From Ignavibacteriales bacterium (GTDB lineage Bacteria; Bacteroidota; Ignavibacteria; UBA10030), in contig JAPLFR010000010.1 of NCBI GenBank assembly GCA_026390575.1, positions 10,146 through 74,145 of the forward strand: a stretch of DNA of 64,000 nt, given 5' to 3'. The notes under the pieces were generated by a model. It saw nothing but the letters and a program-made list of their open reading frames with translations, made no database searches and was not told the DNA's origin. Made by a program: the position numbers and the translations under genes. Of the stretch, positions 27,884 through 38,581 are shown piece by piece (position 1 is the stretch's first letter; each line of letters opens with the position of its first letter).

Positions 27884-28261
27884 TTACCGCCCGCTGCGCG
27901 TTGTACCGCTTGTGCGTCTGTCAGAAACTGTGCTCGTCGTTTGTGTGTTTTCTGATTGGCCCGATCGTTGATACCCGGAGTCTCGAGTTTGAGACTGAGA
28001 TTGCGGTGCAGTCATAGTTGAAGTAGATCCAGCAGTGGGCATTGGATAATAAACAGTAGGAGGTGGTGGATCGTAAGTGGGTACAGGTGTTGGCACATAT
28101 ACTGTCACTATTTCAGGTTGATAAATAATGGTTTGTGATGGCTCGACTGCCGAATAATTTTCGTCCTCCACGAATGCAAGCTGAGTGTAACATCCGCTTA
28201 AAGCAATGGAGAATAACATGGTCAACAGTGGCAAGAGGAGAGAAGCCTTGATCGTTTTCAT
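27884..28261 (-). CDS. Small lipoprotein with Pro-rich and Ser/Thr/Gln-rich tail
   Basis: Signal peptide plus lipobox MKTIKASLLLPLLTMLFSIALSGC, starting from the ATG at 28261. The track ORF extends to 28366. Confidence 0.6.
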   Translation of the reverse strand: MKTIKASLLLPLLTMLFSIALSGCYTQLAFVEDENYSAVEPSQTIIYQPEIVTVYVPTPVPTYDPPPPTVYYPMPTAGSTSTMTAPQSQSQTRDSGYQRSGQSENTQTTSTVSDRRTSGTTRSGR

Positions 28262-28532
28262 TTTAGTATTCCTTTCTGATGACAACATCAAATAGAGCAA
28301 GAGTTGTGCCGCGATATTGAGGTCAAATATCCAGAAAATCTTCGTTGAAGTGTACAAAAAAGTCATCAGTATGGATAATAAAGTAGACGATTCCGCCAGA
28401 ATGAACCATCTCGAGAATCCATTTAATCTTTTCTCAGCACGTTGATAATAGGGCGCACTTTACGTAAATTCTATCCGAATGCGTTAAGGCAGCGTATGGT
28501 GTTTTCTCTATCGATAAAAGGATTTTTCCGGA

Positions 28533-31115
28533 ATGAAATATGACTTCTTAAATATTGAAAATAAGTGGCAGGAACATTGGGAGCGCGAGAATACATTTCG
28601 TGTCTTGGATAATGAACAGAAACAAAAATCGTATGTGCTGGATATGTTTCCATATCCATCCGGAGCTGGGCTGCATGTCGGTCATCCGGAAGGATACACA
28701 GCTACCGATATTCTTTGCCGCTACCGGCGGATGAAAGGTTTTGCTGTTTTACATCCGATGGGATGGGATGCATTCGGGCTGCCAGCCGAGCGTTATGCAA
28801 TGCAGACGAACATCCATCCGAAAGTGACAACAGAACGCAACATCGATACCTTCAGGCGCCAAATCAAGATGCTTGGATTGAGTTACGACTGGGAACGGGA
28901 AGTCAATACAACTGATCCGAAATATTATAAATGGACTCAATGGATATTTTTAAAGATCTATAATTCATGGTTCGACCCTCGTGAACGCAAAGCACGCCCG
29001 ATTGAAACACTGGAGCAGGAACTTGTCGCGTACGGAACGAAGAATCTGGATGTCGAACATTCATTCACTGCCGATGAATGGAAGCGGAAGACAAAAAAGG
29101 AGAAGCACGATTTCATTGCACAATTCCGTCTTGCCTATGTTGCTGAAATTCCCGTCAACTGGTGCGAAGCACTCGGAACAGTGTTAGCGAATGAAGAAAT
29201 CGCTGAATGGACAGAGAAAGGTTATTCTGTCGAACGCCGCCCGATGCGTCAATGGATGATGCGTATTACGGCATACTCAGAGCGGTTGTTGGAAGATGCA
29301 AAAGAGTTAGATTGGCCTATTTCGACACTGGAACAGCAGCGAAATTGGATCGGCCGTTCTGAGGGTGCAGATGTCATTTTTGCAGTGAAAGGGAAAACCG
29401 AAAAAATTCGCGTTTTCACAACTCGCCCAGACACACTGTTCGGTGCAACGTATATGGTTCTTGCACCTGAACATCCCTTGGTAGATGTTGTCGCATCATC
29501 AGAACAACGAGAGCAGATTCAGCAATACAGAAAAGAAACAGCATTCAAAAGCGAACTGGAACGTGGAACGGAAAAAGAAAAAACCGGTGTCTTCACCGGC
29601 GGTTATGCCGTCAACCCGACTACTGGGAAAGAAATTCCAATCTGGATTGCAGATTATGTACTGATGGGATATGGCACAGGAGCCATCATGGCAGTGCCGG
29701 GTCATGATGATCGTGATATGGAGTTTGCGAAGAAATTCGATTTGGAGATCATAAGGGTTGTCGATGGCGGGCCGGATGCTGCTGAGTGTTTCGTAGATGA
29801 CGGCATTGCAATCAACTCGGCAAATAAAGAAGTCTCGCTGAATGGATTGCCGACACCCGAAGCAAAGAAAACAATCATCGCTTGGTTAGCGAAGAAAGAG
29901 CTTGGTAAACTTTCGACCACATATAAATTACGCGATTGGCTCTTCTCGCGCCAGCGGTATTGGGGCGAACCGATTCCCATTATCTATCTTGAAGATGGAA
30001 CGTTGAAGGCAATTGATGAAAAGGAATTGCCCTTGGAATTGCCAAGTTTGGAAAAATTCCAACCAAGCGGTACAACAGAATCTCCACTCGCGCTTGCGAT
30101 CGATTGGGTGAATGTTATCGACAAGGAAACAGGACTGAAGGGGCGCCGCGAAACGAACACCATGCCGCAATGGGCAGGGTCGTGCTGGTATTACCTCCGC
30201 TTCATCGATCCAAAGAACGACAGCGTTTTTTGCAGCATGGAAAAAGAAAAATATTGGATGCCCATCGATTTATACGTCGGCGGTTCGGAACATGCAGTTT
30301 TACATCTGATGTATTCGCGCTTCTGGCACAAAGTGCTTAACGATCTTGGGTATGTCAGTACAAAAGAACCGTTTCTCAAACTGCGGCATCAGGGAATTAT
30401 TCTTGGTGAAGATTCACGCAAAATGTCTAAATCGCGAGGCAATGTTGTCAATCCGGATGATGTGGTGAAAGAATACGGCGCCGATTCAATGCGGCTATTT
30501 GAAATGTTTATGGGACCATTGGAGGAGATGAAACCCTGGAGCACACGCGGTGTGGAAGGTGTGTTCCGATTCCTCAATCGGTTCTGGCGTTTGTTTTTGA
30601 ACGAAGACGGTGCGTTGGATTTAGCAATCAAAGATGTTGAGCCGACCGCAAACTTCGAACGGCTGTACCATCAAACTGTAAAAAAAGTCGGCGATGACAT
30701 TGATCATTTACGTTTCAACACCGCCATTTCGCAGATGATGATTTTCCTGAACGAAGCAATGAAGTTAGAAATCCGGCCGCGCAACCTGATGGAAAATTTC
30801 GTTCTGCTTCTTGCGCCGTTTGCTCCGCACATTGCTGAAGAAATATGGGAGAAACTCGGCCACATGAAATCAACAGCATATGAACCATGGCCAATGTATG
30901 ACGAAGCCAAATGTGCGGAGTCGACAGTAGAGGTGGTGTTGCAGATTAATGGAAAGGTTCGCTCGAAAATTTCGGTGGCGAAGGATACTCCTACGACGGA
31001 ACTAGAACGGTTGGCTTTTGAAGATTCCAACATCAAACGTTATACTGACGGCAAGCGCATTATGAAGAAAATTGTTATTCCGAACAAACTTGTTAATATC
31101 GTCATTGGAACCTAA
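28533..31115 (+). CDS. leuS: Leucine--tRNA ligase
   Basis: 860 aa with the HIGH motif (HVGHPEGY), KMSKS, and class-I LeuRS editing-domain blocks. Confidence 0.97.
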   Translation: MKYDFLNIENKWQEHWERENTFRVLDNEQKQKSYVLDMFPYPSGAGLHVGHPEGYTATDILCRYRRMKGFAVLHPMGWDAFGLPAERYAMQTNIHPKVTTERNIDTFRRQIKMLGLSYDWEREVNTTDPKYYKWTQWIFLKIYNSWFDPRERKARPIETLEQELVAYGTKNLDVEHSFTADEWKRKTKKEKHDFIAQFRLAYVAEIPVNWCEALGTVLANEEIAEWTEKGYSVERRPMRQWMMRITAYSERLLEDAKELDWPISTLEQQRNWIGRSEGADVIFAVKGKTEKIRVFTTRPDTLFGATYMVLAPEHPLVDVVASSEQREQIQQYRKETAFKSELERGTEKEKTGVFTGGYAVNPTTGKEIPIWIADYVLMGYGTGAIMAVPGHDDRDMEFAKKFDLEIIRVVDGGPDAAECFVDDGIAINSANKEVSLNGLPTPEAKKTIIAWLAKKELGKLSTTYKLRDWLFSRQRYWGEPIPIIYLEDGTLKAIDEKELPLELPSLEKFQPSGTTESPLALAIDWVNVIDKETGLKGRRETNTMPQWAGSCWYYLRFIDPKNDSVFCSMEKEKYWMPIDLYVGGSEHAVLHLMYSRFWHKVLNDLGYVSTKEPFLKLRHQGIILGEDSRKMSKSRGNVVNPDDVVKEYGADSMRLFEMFMGPLEEMKPWSTRGVEGVFRFLNRFWRLFLNEDGALDLAIKDVEPTANFERLYHQTVKKVGDDIDHLRFNTAISQMMIFLNEAMKLEIRPRNLMENFVLLLAPFAPHIAEEIWEKLGHMKSTAYEPWPMYDEAKCAESTVEVVLQINGKVRSKISVAKDTPTTELERLAFEDSNIKRYTDGKRIMKKIVIPNKLVNIVIGT

Positions 31116-31129
31116 GCAAGGATACATTC

Positions 31130-31882
31130 GTGATTCAGCTTTCAGTTGTCATCATTACCTATAATGAAGAGCATAACATCGCTCGCTGTCTCGATTCTCT
31201 CAAAGAAATTGCGGATGAGATTATCGTTGTGGATTCTTATTCTACCGATAAGACTGTAGAAATCTGCAACTCCTATGGCGCGAAAGTATTCCAGCACAAA
31301 TTTGAAGGACATATCCAGCAGAAAAATTATGCTTTAGAGAAGACATCATTCTTTTTTGCGCTGTCTCTTGATGCGGATGAGGTTCTCTCAGATGAATTGC
31401 GCGAATCCATCGCTTCTGCAAAATCTGACTGGAAATATGATGGATACGAAATGAATCGGTTGACGAATTACTGCGGTGCATGGATCAAACACTGCGGTTG
31501 GTATCCCGATCGGAAGATCCGTCTCTTCGATAAACGAAAAGGGAAATGGACGGGAGTCAATCCGCATGACTGTTATGCATTGAATGAAGCGCATGCATCT
31601 GTCGGTTATTTGCACGGAGATATTCTGCATTACAGCTATTATTCAATTTCCGATCATATCAAGCAGGTTGATTATTTCACAGAAATATCCGCGCGTGTTC
31701 TGTTTGAACAAAGAAGGAGGGCGTCATGGGCGCGACTGATCGTTTCTCCCGGAATTCGGTTCATTCGTGATTATGTTTTGAAACGCGGATTTTTAGATGG
31801 CTATTATGGATTTGTTGTCTGTACAATTTCTTCCTATGCAGTATTTTTGAAGTATGCAAAATTACGTGAATGTTGGAAATAA
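31130..31882 (+). CDS. GT2-family glycosyltransferase (LPS-core type)
   Basis: 250 aa with LSVVIITYNEEHNIARCLDSL and DADE. It has a GTG start. Confidence 0.8.
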   Translation: MIQLSVVIITYNEEHNIARCLDSLKEIADEIIVVDSYSTDKTVEICNSYGAKVFQHKFEGHIQQKNYALEKTSFFFALSLDADEVLSDELRESIASAKSDWKYDGYEMNRLTNYCGAWIKHCGWYPDRKIRLFDKRKGKWTGVNPHDCYALNEAHASVGYLHGDILHYSYYSISDHIKQVDYFTEISARVLFEQRRRASWARLIVSPGIRFIRDYVLKRGFLDGYYGFVVCTISSYAVFLKYAKLRECWK

Positions 31883-31896
31883 GAAAGGAGATTGTT

Positions 31897-32184
31897 ATGA
31901 CTTCAGCAGAAAAGAATGTTTCGCTTTTTTTTAGTTTGGTCATGACTTTTCAAGCGGCGGCAATGCAGCAGATGGGAAAACTCAAAAATCCCATTTCAGA
32001 TAAAATTGAACGAGATCTTCAGCAAGCGCAATTATCTATCGATATTCTCGATATGCTTGAAGAAAAAACACGCGGAAATTTGTCAGAAAATGAAACTAAA
32101 TTATTGAAAGGCATCCTGCAGGAATTGAAGTTGAATTATGTTGACGAGATGTCAAAAGAACAGCCGTCAGCGAAAAAGAAATAG
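31897..32184 (+). CDS. DUF1844-like small protein
   Basis: The FFSLVMTFQAAAMQQMGK block is present. I chose the ATG at 31897, which has an AAGGAG RBS, over the track start 31870. Confidence 0.6.
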   Translation: MTSAEKNVSLFFSLVMTFQAAAMQQMGKLKNPISDKIERDLQQAQLSIDILDMLEEKTRGNLSENETKLLKGILQELKLNYVDEMSKEQPSAKKK

Positions 32185-32192
32185 TGTGTACT

Positions 32193-33074
32193 ATGAGATT
32201 TGGAATTGCTGGAAATTTAGATAAAACAGAATTGCCGAAAGTCGTTGAACGACTGATCACACGGTTCAAAAAAGAAGAAGTACCGTACGTTCTTCATACA
32301 GCGATGGCAAAGGGATTGCGCGGAAAGATAGACAAACGCCTCCTAAGTCAGTCGCCTGTCGTATCTGAACAGAAGCTGCCGTCAGCGTGCGACATTCTCA
32401 TTTCGCTCGGCGGTGATGGAACGATCCTCCGAATGGCGCGGCTCGTCAGCAGTAGGGCGACTCCAATCTTAGGTATTAATCTTGGTAAGTTAGGGTTTCT
32501 TGCAGAAGTCTCGCTGGAAGAACTTGATGAATGCCTGACTGAAATCATTAGCGGCGATTATATAGTTGAAGATCGCATGATGCTGCAGGCACGGATCGGA
32601 AAATCAAAAATAAATGTGCATGCATTAAATGATGTTGTTCTTCATCAGACCGGTTCTTCGCGGATGTTCAGTGTGAAGACATTTGTGAACGGTGAATTTC
32701 TTTCTAAATTTATTGGCGATGGTATTATTATTGCGACCCCCACAGGATCGACGGCGTATGCTCTTTCGAATGGCGGCCCAATAGTGACGCCTACGAATCA
32801 TTTGATTCTTATCAGCCCTATTTGTCCGCATACATTAACAGCAAGAACCGTGGTGGTGCCGGAAGAATCAATCATCACTCTTAAAGTTGAAACAGCAACC
32901 GGAAAGATTCATCTTGCCGCTGACGGTCAACAGCAGGCATTATTGCTGCCTCCTGTGGAAATCAGCATCGAACGTTCACCGCTCGCGACAAAACTTGTGA
33001 AGCGAAAGAACAGAAGCTATTACGATGTGCTGCGAAGAAAACTTAACTGGGGAAAGGATGCTCGAAATTTGTAA
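32193..33074 (+). CDS. nadK: NAD(+) kinase
   Basis: GGDGTILR, NDVV and TPTGSTAYALSNGGPI motifs. The ATG at 32193 is 9 nt inside the track ORF. Confidence 0.92.
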   Translation: MRFGIAGNLDKTELPKVVERLITRFKKEEVPYVLHTAMAKGLRGKIDKRLLSQSPVVSEQKLPSACDILISLGGDGTILRMARLVSSRATPILGINLGKLGFLAEVSLEELDECLTEIISGDYIVEDRMMLQARIGKSKINVHALNDVVLHQTGSSRMFSVKTFVNGEFLSKFIGDGIIIATPTGSTAYALSNGGPIVTPTNHLILISPICPHTLTARTVVVPEESIITLKVETATGKIHLAADGQQQALLLPPVEISIERSPLATKLVKRKNRSYYDVLRRKLNWGKDARNL

Positions 33075-33085
33075 GGCCTCGAACC

Positions 33086-33532
33086 TTAATTGTTCCTCGC
33101 ACCTTCATCAATCCATTTTTTCACACCATTGATTTGATTCTTTGTTAATGGCTGGCTTCGAAGCGGCATTTGCGGAGCAAGACTGCCATCAAGGTACTTG
33201 GCGAGAGGACTCGTGTTACCGTTTTTTGGAATAACGATTGGCGGCAAATAATCAATGAGAGAATGCCAGCACACATCATATTCAAGGTTGAGATTCGCTG
33301 CCGGTTGGCTGCCGCCATGGCATCCAGCTTCAGCGCATGTTTGTTGGAAAAGTGGTTCCACATATTTACTAAAACTCACATTACTATCCGGAAAAATGAT
33401 GTTGGATGTGTTGCTTTGATTTGTTTGATCTTTACATGAAGGCACTGTAATAGTGCATACAATAAAAAACCCGATGATAAGCAGCGGTAATGTGCAAGAA
33501 TATTTTTTAGGTGTTTCCGTAAAGAGATCCAA
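33086..33532 (-). CDS. Small secreted/lipoprotein with possible heme-binding CX4CH motif
   Basis: 148 aa with an N-terminal hydrophobic segment and the Cys context VPSC. It contains FQQTCAEAGCHGG. Function unknown. Confidence 0.45.
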   Translation of the reverse strand: MDLFTETPKKYSCTLPLLIIGFFIVCTITVPSCKDQTNQSNTSNIIFPDSNVSFSKYVEPLFQQTCAEAGCHGGSQPAANLNLEYDVCWHSLIDYLPPIVIPKNGNTSPLAKYLDGSLAPQMPLRSQPLTKNQINGVKKWIDEGARNN

Positions 33533-33597
33533 TCTTATTTGTTAATATTCCAAGATTAAAATATCAAAAACTCACTCATACTGCAATGACTTTCTAA

Positions 33598-33626
33598 TTG
33601 ACTTTGCATCGATCCTTGGGTATATT
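33598..33626 (+). promoter_or_regulatory. Sigma70-type promoter of tRNA-Ala
   Basis: TTGACT (33598-33603), a 17-nt spacer, then TATATT (33621-33626). The tRNA starts 14 nt downstream. Confidence 0.6.
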
Positions 33627-33639
33627 TTATACAATGAAT

Positions 33640-33713
33640 GGGCCGTTAGCTCAGCATGGGAGAGCGCCACAATGGCATTGTGGAGGTCACCGGTTCGAGC
33701 CCGGTACGGTCCA
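33640..33713 (+). tRNA. tRNA-Ala(GGC): tRNA-Ala (anticodon GGC)
   Basis: GGGCCGT..ACGGTCC acceptor stem with the G3:U70 Ala identity pair. The anticodon arm is CCACA-ATGGCAT-TGTGG. Confidence 0.9.
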
Positions 33714-33716
33714 CGA

Positions 33717-33747
33717 AAAGGACAATCCAATCGATTGTCCTTTTTTT
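33717..33747 (+). terminator. Intrinsic terminator after tRNA-Ala
   Basis: Stem GGACAATC / GATTGTCC followed by TTTTTTT. Confidence 0.75.
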
Positions 33748-33961
33748 GTTTTAAAAAGGAAATAACAAAACTTTATTGATTGGCTCGCAAATAATAATAT
33801 CATCAATAGATCAGCGTACTATGAGATGAAACGATGAACTTACCTGATGGTGGATGCTGTTCTGGCTATTCGCAAAATTTACCTGTACTATTCTTGTGAA
33901 TGATTGACTGTTGTGCGTATTGCATTTTCATAGAGTATGTTCTTCCATAGATGAGATAATT

Positions 33962-36448
33962 ATGTTCCGATTCCAGATTTTACGGGTTTCTGCCCTTCTA
34001 TTCATTCTCATTCTCGCCGTTTCAACGTTGTGGTCGGCTCCACTATCATTTGTTCCTATCGAGTTGGTGCAGCCGGATGGAACACGATTGCATGTATTTG
34101 CCAGCGGCGACGAATTCTATAATTGGGTGCATGACAAAGACAGTTATACTATCATTCAGGATCCAACCTCACATTACTATGTCTATGCGATTTTGGGAAA
34201 GGGGAAACTTCTTCCGTCGTCCTCTATTGTCGGCAGGATTGATCCTAAAGTCACAGGATTGACACCGGCAGTAAATGTTTTTCCAGTATATTCACAACGG
34301 CAGACATTTGCAAAAGCAACGTACGCATCGATGGTTTCAAAAACCGGTCAGACCAGCGAATTTTCCAATCTTGTGATCTTCATACGGTTTCAATTGGAAC
34401 CGGAATTCAGCGACACCTCCGCTAACTTGTATGATTCACAATTTAATTCACCCTCCGGTCCTTCGCTCAAAGAGTATTATCAAGAAGTTTCATATAGCCA
34501 GCTCGCGGTTTCGAGTTATATTATTCAGCGCTCGGGGAATGCGATAGTTTCATATCAGGACAGCCACCAGCGCGGGTATTACCTCAAATACGATGCTGTC
34601 ACGAATCCTTTGGGATATACAACCGATGCGGATGCACGAGAAGCGAATCTTCTACGCAATGCGATAACGGCGGTTACGAAGGATCTTCCTACTTCGCTTA
34701 ATCTGGACGGTAATGGTGACGGAAACGTAGACAATGTGACCTTCGTTGTTTCTGGTACTGCTGCGGGCTGGGCAGATCTTCTCTGGCCGCATATGTCTAC
34801 AATGTCGTCATCGCCTGCGATATCTATTAATGGAAAGATAGTCTCGTCGTACAATTTCCAGCTTGATAAAATGCTTGACGTGGGAGTGCTCTGCCATGAA
34901 ATGGGACACAGCGTGGGTATGCCTGATCTTTACCGTTATACAAATACGGCCATCAGTCCATGCGGCACGTGGGATATTATGTGTGGCGGCAGCGCCCACA
35001 TGACAAATTATTTGAAATATAAATACGGCAAATGGATTTCTTCGATCCCGGAAATTTCTGCCGATGGTACATACTGGCTTAAAGTGTCGACCTCTCCAAC
35101 GAACAATGTGTATAAAATCAAATCGCCAAGAAGTGTACGGGAATATTTCGTTCTGGAATTTCGGAAAGAGAACGGACTTTACGAAAGTCTGCTTCCGGGA
35201 AGTGGATTAATTGTATACAGGATCAATGAACGAGTGAGCGGCAACGCTTCAGGTCCTCCTGATGAAATATACGTGTATCGACCGAATGGAACGCTCTGGA
35301 TAAACGGGAATCCTTCTCAGGCATATTTGAGCAGCGAGTCTGGCCGAACCACACTAGGCGATTCCACAAATCCCGCCAGTTTTTTAAGTGATGGATTTCC
35401 GGGCGGTTTATCGATTAAAAATATTGGTTCTTCCAGCGGGGATTCTATAAGGTTTGATGTTCATATTGTACCAAGTGTCCCTATCACAAACGACTATTCT
35501 GCAAGTATGACAAATTATTCCTGGATAGATATTTCAAACTCAGGTAATGCTATTCAGAACTGGATGAACGGAACGGCAAGCCGCGATTCATCTTTTGATG
35601 ATGGATATACGGCAAATGCCATTCCGCTGGGATTTAAGTTCACGTACTATGGGAATAAATACGATTCCATATATGTTGGGATTAACGGTCTGGTGAGCTT
35701 TACACAAAAGGCGCTCAATATTAACAGCAGCGGATTTTCTTCATTGAACTCATTTGGATATTTCAGCGACGGAATTTATTGGCCGGGCAACACACAATTC
35801 CCTGCATCGATTGCTGTGGCGTATAATGATTATGATTTGAATCCGAAGGACACGTACGGAGGCGGAAGAATTTTGTATCAAACATTGGGGAATCGGTTTA
35901 TTCTCAGTTGGATCAACGTCGGTACATTTGAACAGAAAGGAGATACGTCGAATTCATTCCAACTCGTGCTAGATGCTTCAAACAGTTCGATAACCGTCAA
36001 CTTTCAGAACTTTGGATTGACTGCGACACGGCAGGCGATCAAGATAGGAATTCAAAAGGATTCGACCAACGGACTAAGCTGGCTTGAAGCGGGGGATTAT
36101 ACTGAACGGATTCCGTCAAATGGAAGCAGTGTGATTATTGCACCTTCGGTAAGCACTGGCATTGCAGAGCCAACTGGCGTGCCGACACCATTTGCGCTTG
36201 AGCAGAATTATCCCAATCCATTCAATCCAACGACGCATATGAAATTTGAGATGAAAGCGACGGGATTGGTCTCGCTCAAAATCTATGATATGCTTGGACG
36301 CGAAGTGGAGACATTGGAGAGCGGAGAAAAACTGCCTGGAACATATGAGATGGTCTGGGATGCCAGCCGTTTTGCCAGCGGAATATATTTCTATCGTCTG
36401 AGCACGGGAAAATTTTCTCAGGTCAGGAAGATGATTTTGATGAAGTAA
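33962..36448 (+). CDS. Secreted M6-like (HExxH) metalloprotease with T9SS C-terminal sorting domain
   Basis: Signal peptide from the ATG at 33962, zinc site CHEMGHSVGMPDLY, and a C-terminal Por/T9SS CTD (LEQNYPNPFNPTT...GIYFYRL...KMILMK). Confidence 0.8.
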   Translation: MFRFQILRVSALLFILILAVSTLWSAPLSFVPIELVQPDGTRLHVFASGDEFYNWVHDKDSYTIIQDPTSHYYVYAILGKGKLLPSSSIVGRIDPKVTGLTPAVNVFPVYSQRQTFAKATYASMVSKTGQTSEFSNLVIFIRFQLEPEFSDTSANLYDSQFNSPSGPSLKEYYQEVSYSQLAVSSYIIQRSGNAIVSYQDSHQRGYYLKYDAVTNPLGYTTDADAREANLLRNAITAVTKDLPTSLNLDGNGDGNVDNVTFVVSGTAAGWADLLWPHMSTMSSSPAISINGKIVSSYNFQLDKMLDVGVLCHEMGHSVGMPDLYRYTNTAISPCGTWDIMCGGSAHMTNYLKYKYGKWISSIPEISADGTYWLKVSTSPTNNVYKIKSPRSVREYFVLEFRKENGLYESLLPGSGLIVYRINERVSGNASGPPDEIYVYRPNGTLWINGNPSQAYLSSESGRTTLGDSTNPASFLSDGFPGGLSIKNIGSSSGDSIRFDVHIVPSVPITNDYSASMTNYSWIDISNSGNAIQNWMNGTASRDSSFDDGYTANAIPLGFKFTYYGNKYDSIYVGINGLVSFTQKALNINSSGFSSLNSFGYFSDGIYWPGNTQFPASIAVAYNDYDLNPKDTYGGGRILYQTLGNRFILSWINVGTFEQKGDTSNSFQLVLDASNSSITVNFQNFGLTATRQAIKIGIQKDSTNGLSWLEAGDYTERIPSNGSSVIIAPSVSTGIAEPTGVPTPFALEQNYPNPFNPTTHMKFEMKATGLVSLKIYDMLGREVETLESGEKLPGTYEMVWDASRFASGIYFYRLSTGKFSQVRKMILMK

Positions 36449-36490
36449 GGGACATCAAGGAGCACCTGAAAAAGAGTACCGGAAAAGTAA

Positions 36491-36928
36491 ATGGGAAGAA
36501 GAGTCGCATACATAGTAGTGATATTTCTCCTGGTGATGGGTTGCCGGAAAGAAGTACAGAAAATATCGTCCGAATCGGTAGAAAGAATATTCACAGGAAG
36601 TTATTCAGTGATCGAATACTATGAAGTAGCAGATGGACCGCATGCGGGTTTTAAAGGGAGCAGCTCATATACTATTCAGGTGCAGGGTGACAGCAGGCGT
36701 CATATTCTTTTGTTCGAAAACATCGCTCATACATATACTATTGTTGGAAGTCAGAAAGGGGACAGCATTTTTCTAGACACGCAAAAGTTTCCTTATCATA
36801 ACGAATATGTATCAATTTCCGGATATGGAAAATATTCTGGCGACAGTCTTTTTCTAGAGCTTTTTTCAGGCGGGCCAGCCGGACAGATTAATTATCATTG
36901 CAGGGCAAAAAAACTGTATTTGAAATAA
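36491..36928 (+). CDS. Hypothetical lipoprotein
   Basis: 145 aa with signal plus lipobox (FLLVMGC). No recognisable motifs. Confidence 0.55.
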   Translation: MGRRVAYIVVIFLLVMGCRKEVQKISSESVERIFTGSYSVIEYYEVADGPHAGFKGSSSYTIQVQGDSRRHILLFENIAHTYTIVGSQKGDSIFLDTQKFPYHNEYVSISGYGKYSGDSLFLELFSGGPAGQINYHCRAKKLYLK

Positions 36929-36945
36929 GTCTTATTCAATAAGAA

Positions 36946-37296
36946 ATGATCAAAATGATTGCTACACAAATAAAATTATCTTCACCGGTTGAACTTTCTA
37001 TAAAATGGGATGATGGTCATGCGAGCATCATCTCTCTCCGCACGCTGCGTGATAGTTGTCCCTGTGCAGGATGTCAAGGTGAAACAATTTTACTCAAAAC
37101 GTACAAGCCGGAACCGCAGCAGCATCTTCCCGGAAGATATAATCTCACTGGTATTCAACAGGTTGGCCATTATGCTCTTCAGCTTTCTTGGGGTGATGGG
37201 CATTCCACCGGTATATACACGTGGGAGATTTTGAGAAATCTCTGCGAATGTCAAATCTGCCTTGCGCAAAACATTGATAATGAACAAAAGCTATAA
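36946..37296 (+). CDS. DUF971-family protein
   Basis: 116 aa with the paired blocks LSIKWDDGH..LRDSCPCAGC and LQLSWGDGHSTGIYTWEILR, typical of DUF971. Confidence 0.7.
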   Translation: MIKMIATQIKLSSPVELSIKWDDGHASIISLRTLRDSCPCAGCQGETILLKTYKPEPQQHLPGRYNLTGIQQVGHYALQLSWGDGHSTGIYTWEILRNLCECQICLAQNIDNEQKL

Positions 37297-37427
37297 AACA
37301 CTGCTACTTTCTATCAGCCGAAGTTTCCCGCTTGCATTAAGAACTAAAATTTGTTACAGTTTAAAAGAATCCGGGAACAGGACTATCTGAACAATAACCG
37401 GAAACGTTCTCTGTAAAGGAGTATCGT

Positions 37428-37844
37428 ATGATGAAGCCACTCAGCATTTTTCTTGCTTGCTTTTTCTTCTACTTTTTTTACGTGACCAATGTGCAAGCTC
37501 AAGTAACGGGCGCCTACTATAACAGCGGTATAGATAAGTCCACCAGGGGCGACTATCAAGGTGCAATAGCTGACTTTACAAAGGTGATTGAATTATATCC
37601 AAACGAGCCGAAGCCCTATCATTACCGTGGAATCAACAAATTTAATCTCAAAGATTATTCCGGTGCGATTGTTGATTTCGATAAAGCGATTGGACTGAAT
37701 CCGAAGAATGGAGATACATTTTATATGCGGGGGATGGCAAAAATCGGTGTGAAAAAACGTAAGGAAGCATGTGCAGATTTTCAAATTGCGAATCAACTTG
37801 GAAATCGCTCTGCCCAAACTGCTTTGGATAAATATTGCAATTAG
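37428..37844 (+). CDS. Secreted tetratricopeptide-repeat protein
   Basis: 138 aa with a signal peptide and three TPR-like units (GDYQGAIADFTKVIEL, KDYSGAIVDFDKAIGL...). Confidence 0.75.
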   Translation: MMKPLSIFLACFFFYFFYVTNVQAQVTGAYYNSGIDKSTRGDYQGAIADFTKVIELYPNEPKPYHYRGINKFNLKDYSGAIVDFDKAIGLNPKNGDTFYMRGMAKIGVKKRKEACADFQIANQLGNRSAQTALDKYCN

Positions 37845-37877
37845 TATCGTGAGATACGGTACGTATTTTCTAAGAAG

Positions 37878-37905
37878 AGAATAAAAGTACGCTGCTGTTT
37901 ATTCT
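37878..37905. terminator. Weak AT-rich hairpin between convergent genes
   Basis: AGAATAAA (37878-37885) / TTTATTCT (37898-37905). Confidence 0.35.
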
Positions 37906-37924
37906 TATAATCAACCCTGGTGAT

Positions 37925-38131
37925 TTATTTCTGTGGTAAGTTACCGAAGCCGCCACAGTGGTCACACGTTACATGGGCTTTCATGAAACCAGTTCCTCCG
38001 CAATGTTGGCATGCTATTGTTCGAGGAGAGATAAAACCGAATCCCCTGCAGTCCTTGCATCTCACATGCGGTCCGGATAAACCAGTCCCATTGCATTTTG
38101 AACACGTTACACTATCTGTATTATTTGCCAT
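37925..38131 (-). CDS. 68-aa zinc-finger microprotein with four CxxCxGxG (DnaJ-CR-type) motifs
   Basis: CSKCNGTG, CKDCRGFG, CQHCGGTG and CDHCGGFG at regular spacing. An AAGGGG RBS lies 7 nt upstream of the ATG on the minus strand. Confidence 0.7.
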   Translation of the reverse strand: MANNTDSVTCSKCNGTGLSGPHVRCKDCRGFGFISPRTIACQHCGGTGFMKAHVTCDHCGGFGNLPQK

Positions 38132-38472
38132 GCTCTGCCCCTTTGAAAAGTGAATTGATCGCCATGCACAGGCCGTTTTTTATTTTCCTGGCATTTTTTT
38201 GAGACTCATGGTCTGATAACCGTACTCCTTACAACATCTAAGTTAATTGTTGCCGTCGAATAAAGCAATCTTTGATATTCAATTGTAGAAAAATATGAGC
38301 GAGACATACATCTCATGCCTGAGCATCTGTGTGTACCTGTGAACAAGATTTCGATCGCACGTACTTAAAATACACGTGTGATTTTTATGTACGCGTAAAT
38401 ACAGGTTGAACCGGAACATATATTTTTCTATCTTAATATAGTGTTATTGAGTAATGTACGGCAATAAATTGC

Positions 38473-38547
38473 GGGCGCTTAGCTCAGCTGGTTCAGAGCG
38501 TACGCCTCACACGCGTAAGGTCGCAGGTTCGATCCCCGCAGCGCCCA
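38473..38547 (+). tRNA. tRNA-Val(CAC): tRNA-Val (anticodon CAC)
   Basis: GGGCGCT-TA-GCTCAGCTGGTTCAGAGC-G-TACGC-CTCACAC-GCGTA-..-GGTTCGATCC-..AGCGCCC-A. Confidence 0.9.
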
Positions 38548-38581
38548 CAAGGTAAAATGTTCTTTGAAGATGTTCCTTTAA

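Noticed and set aside
37920-38153. 77-aa ORF (+) mirroring the zinc-finger microprotein
   Set aside because: The minus-strand product has four perfect CxxCxGxG motifs and an RBS. The + strand product has neither.
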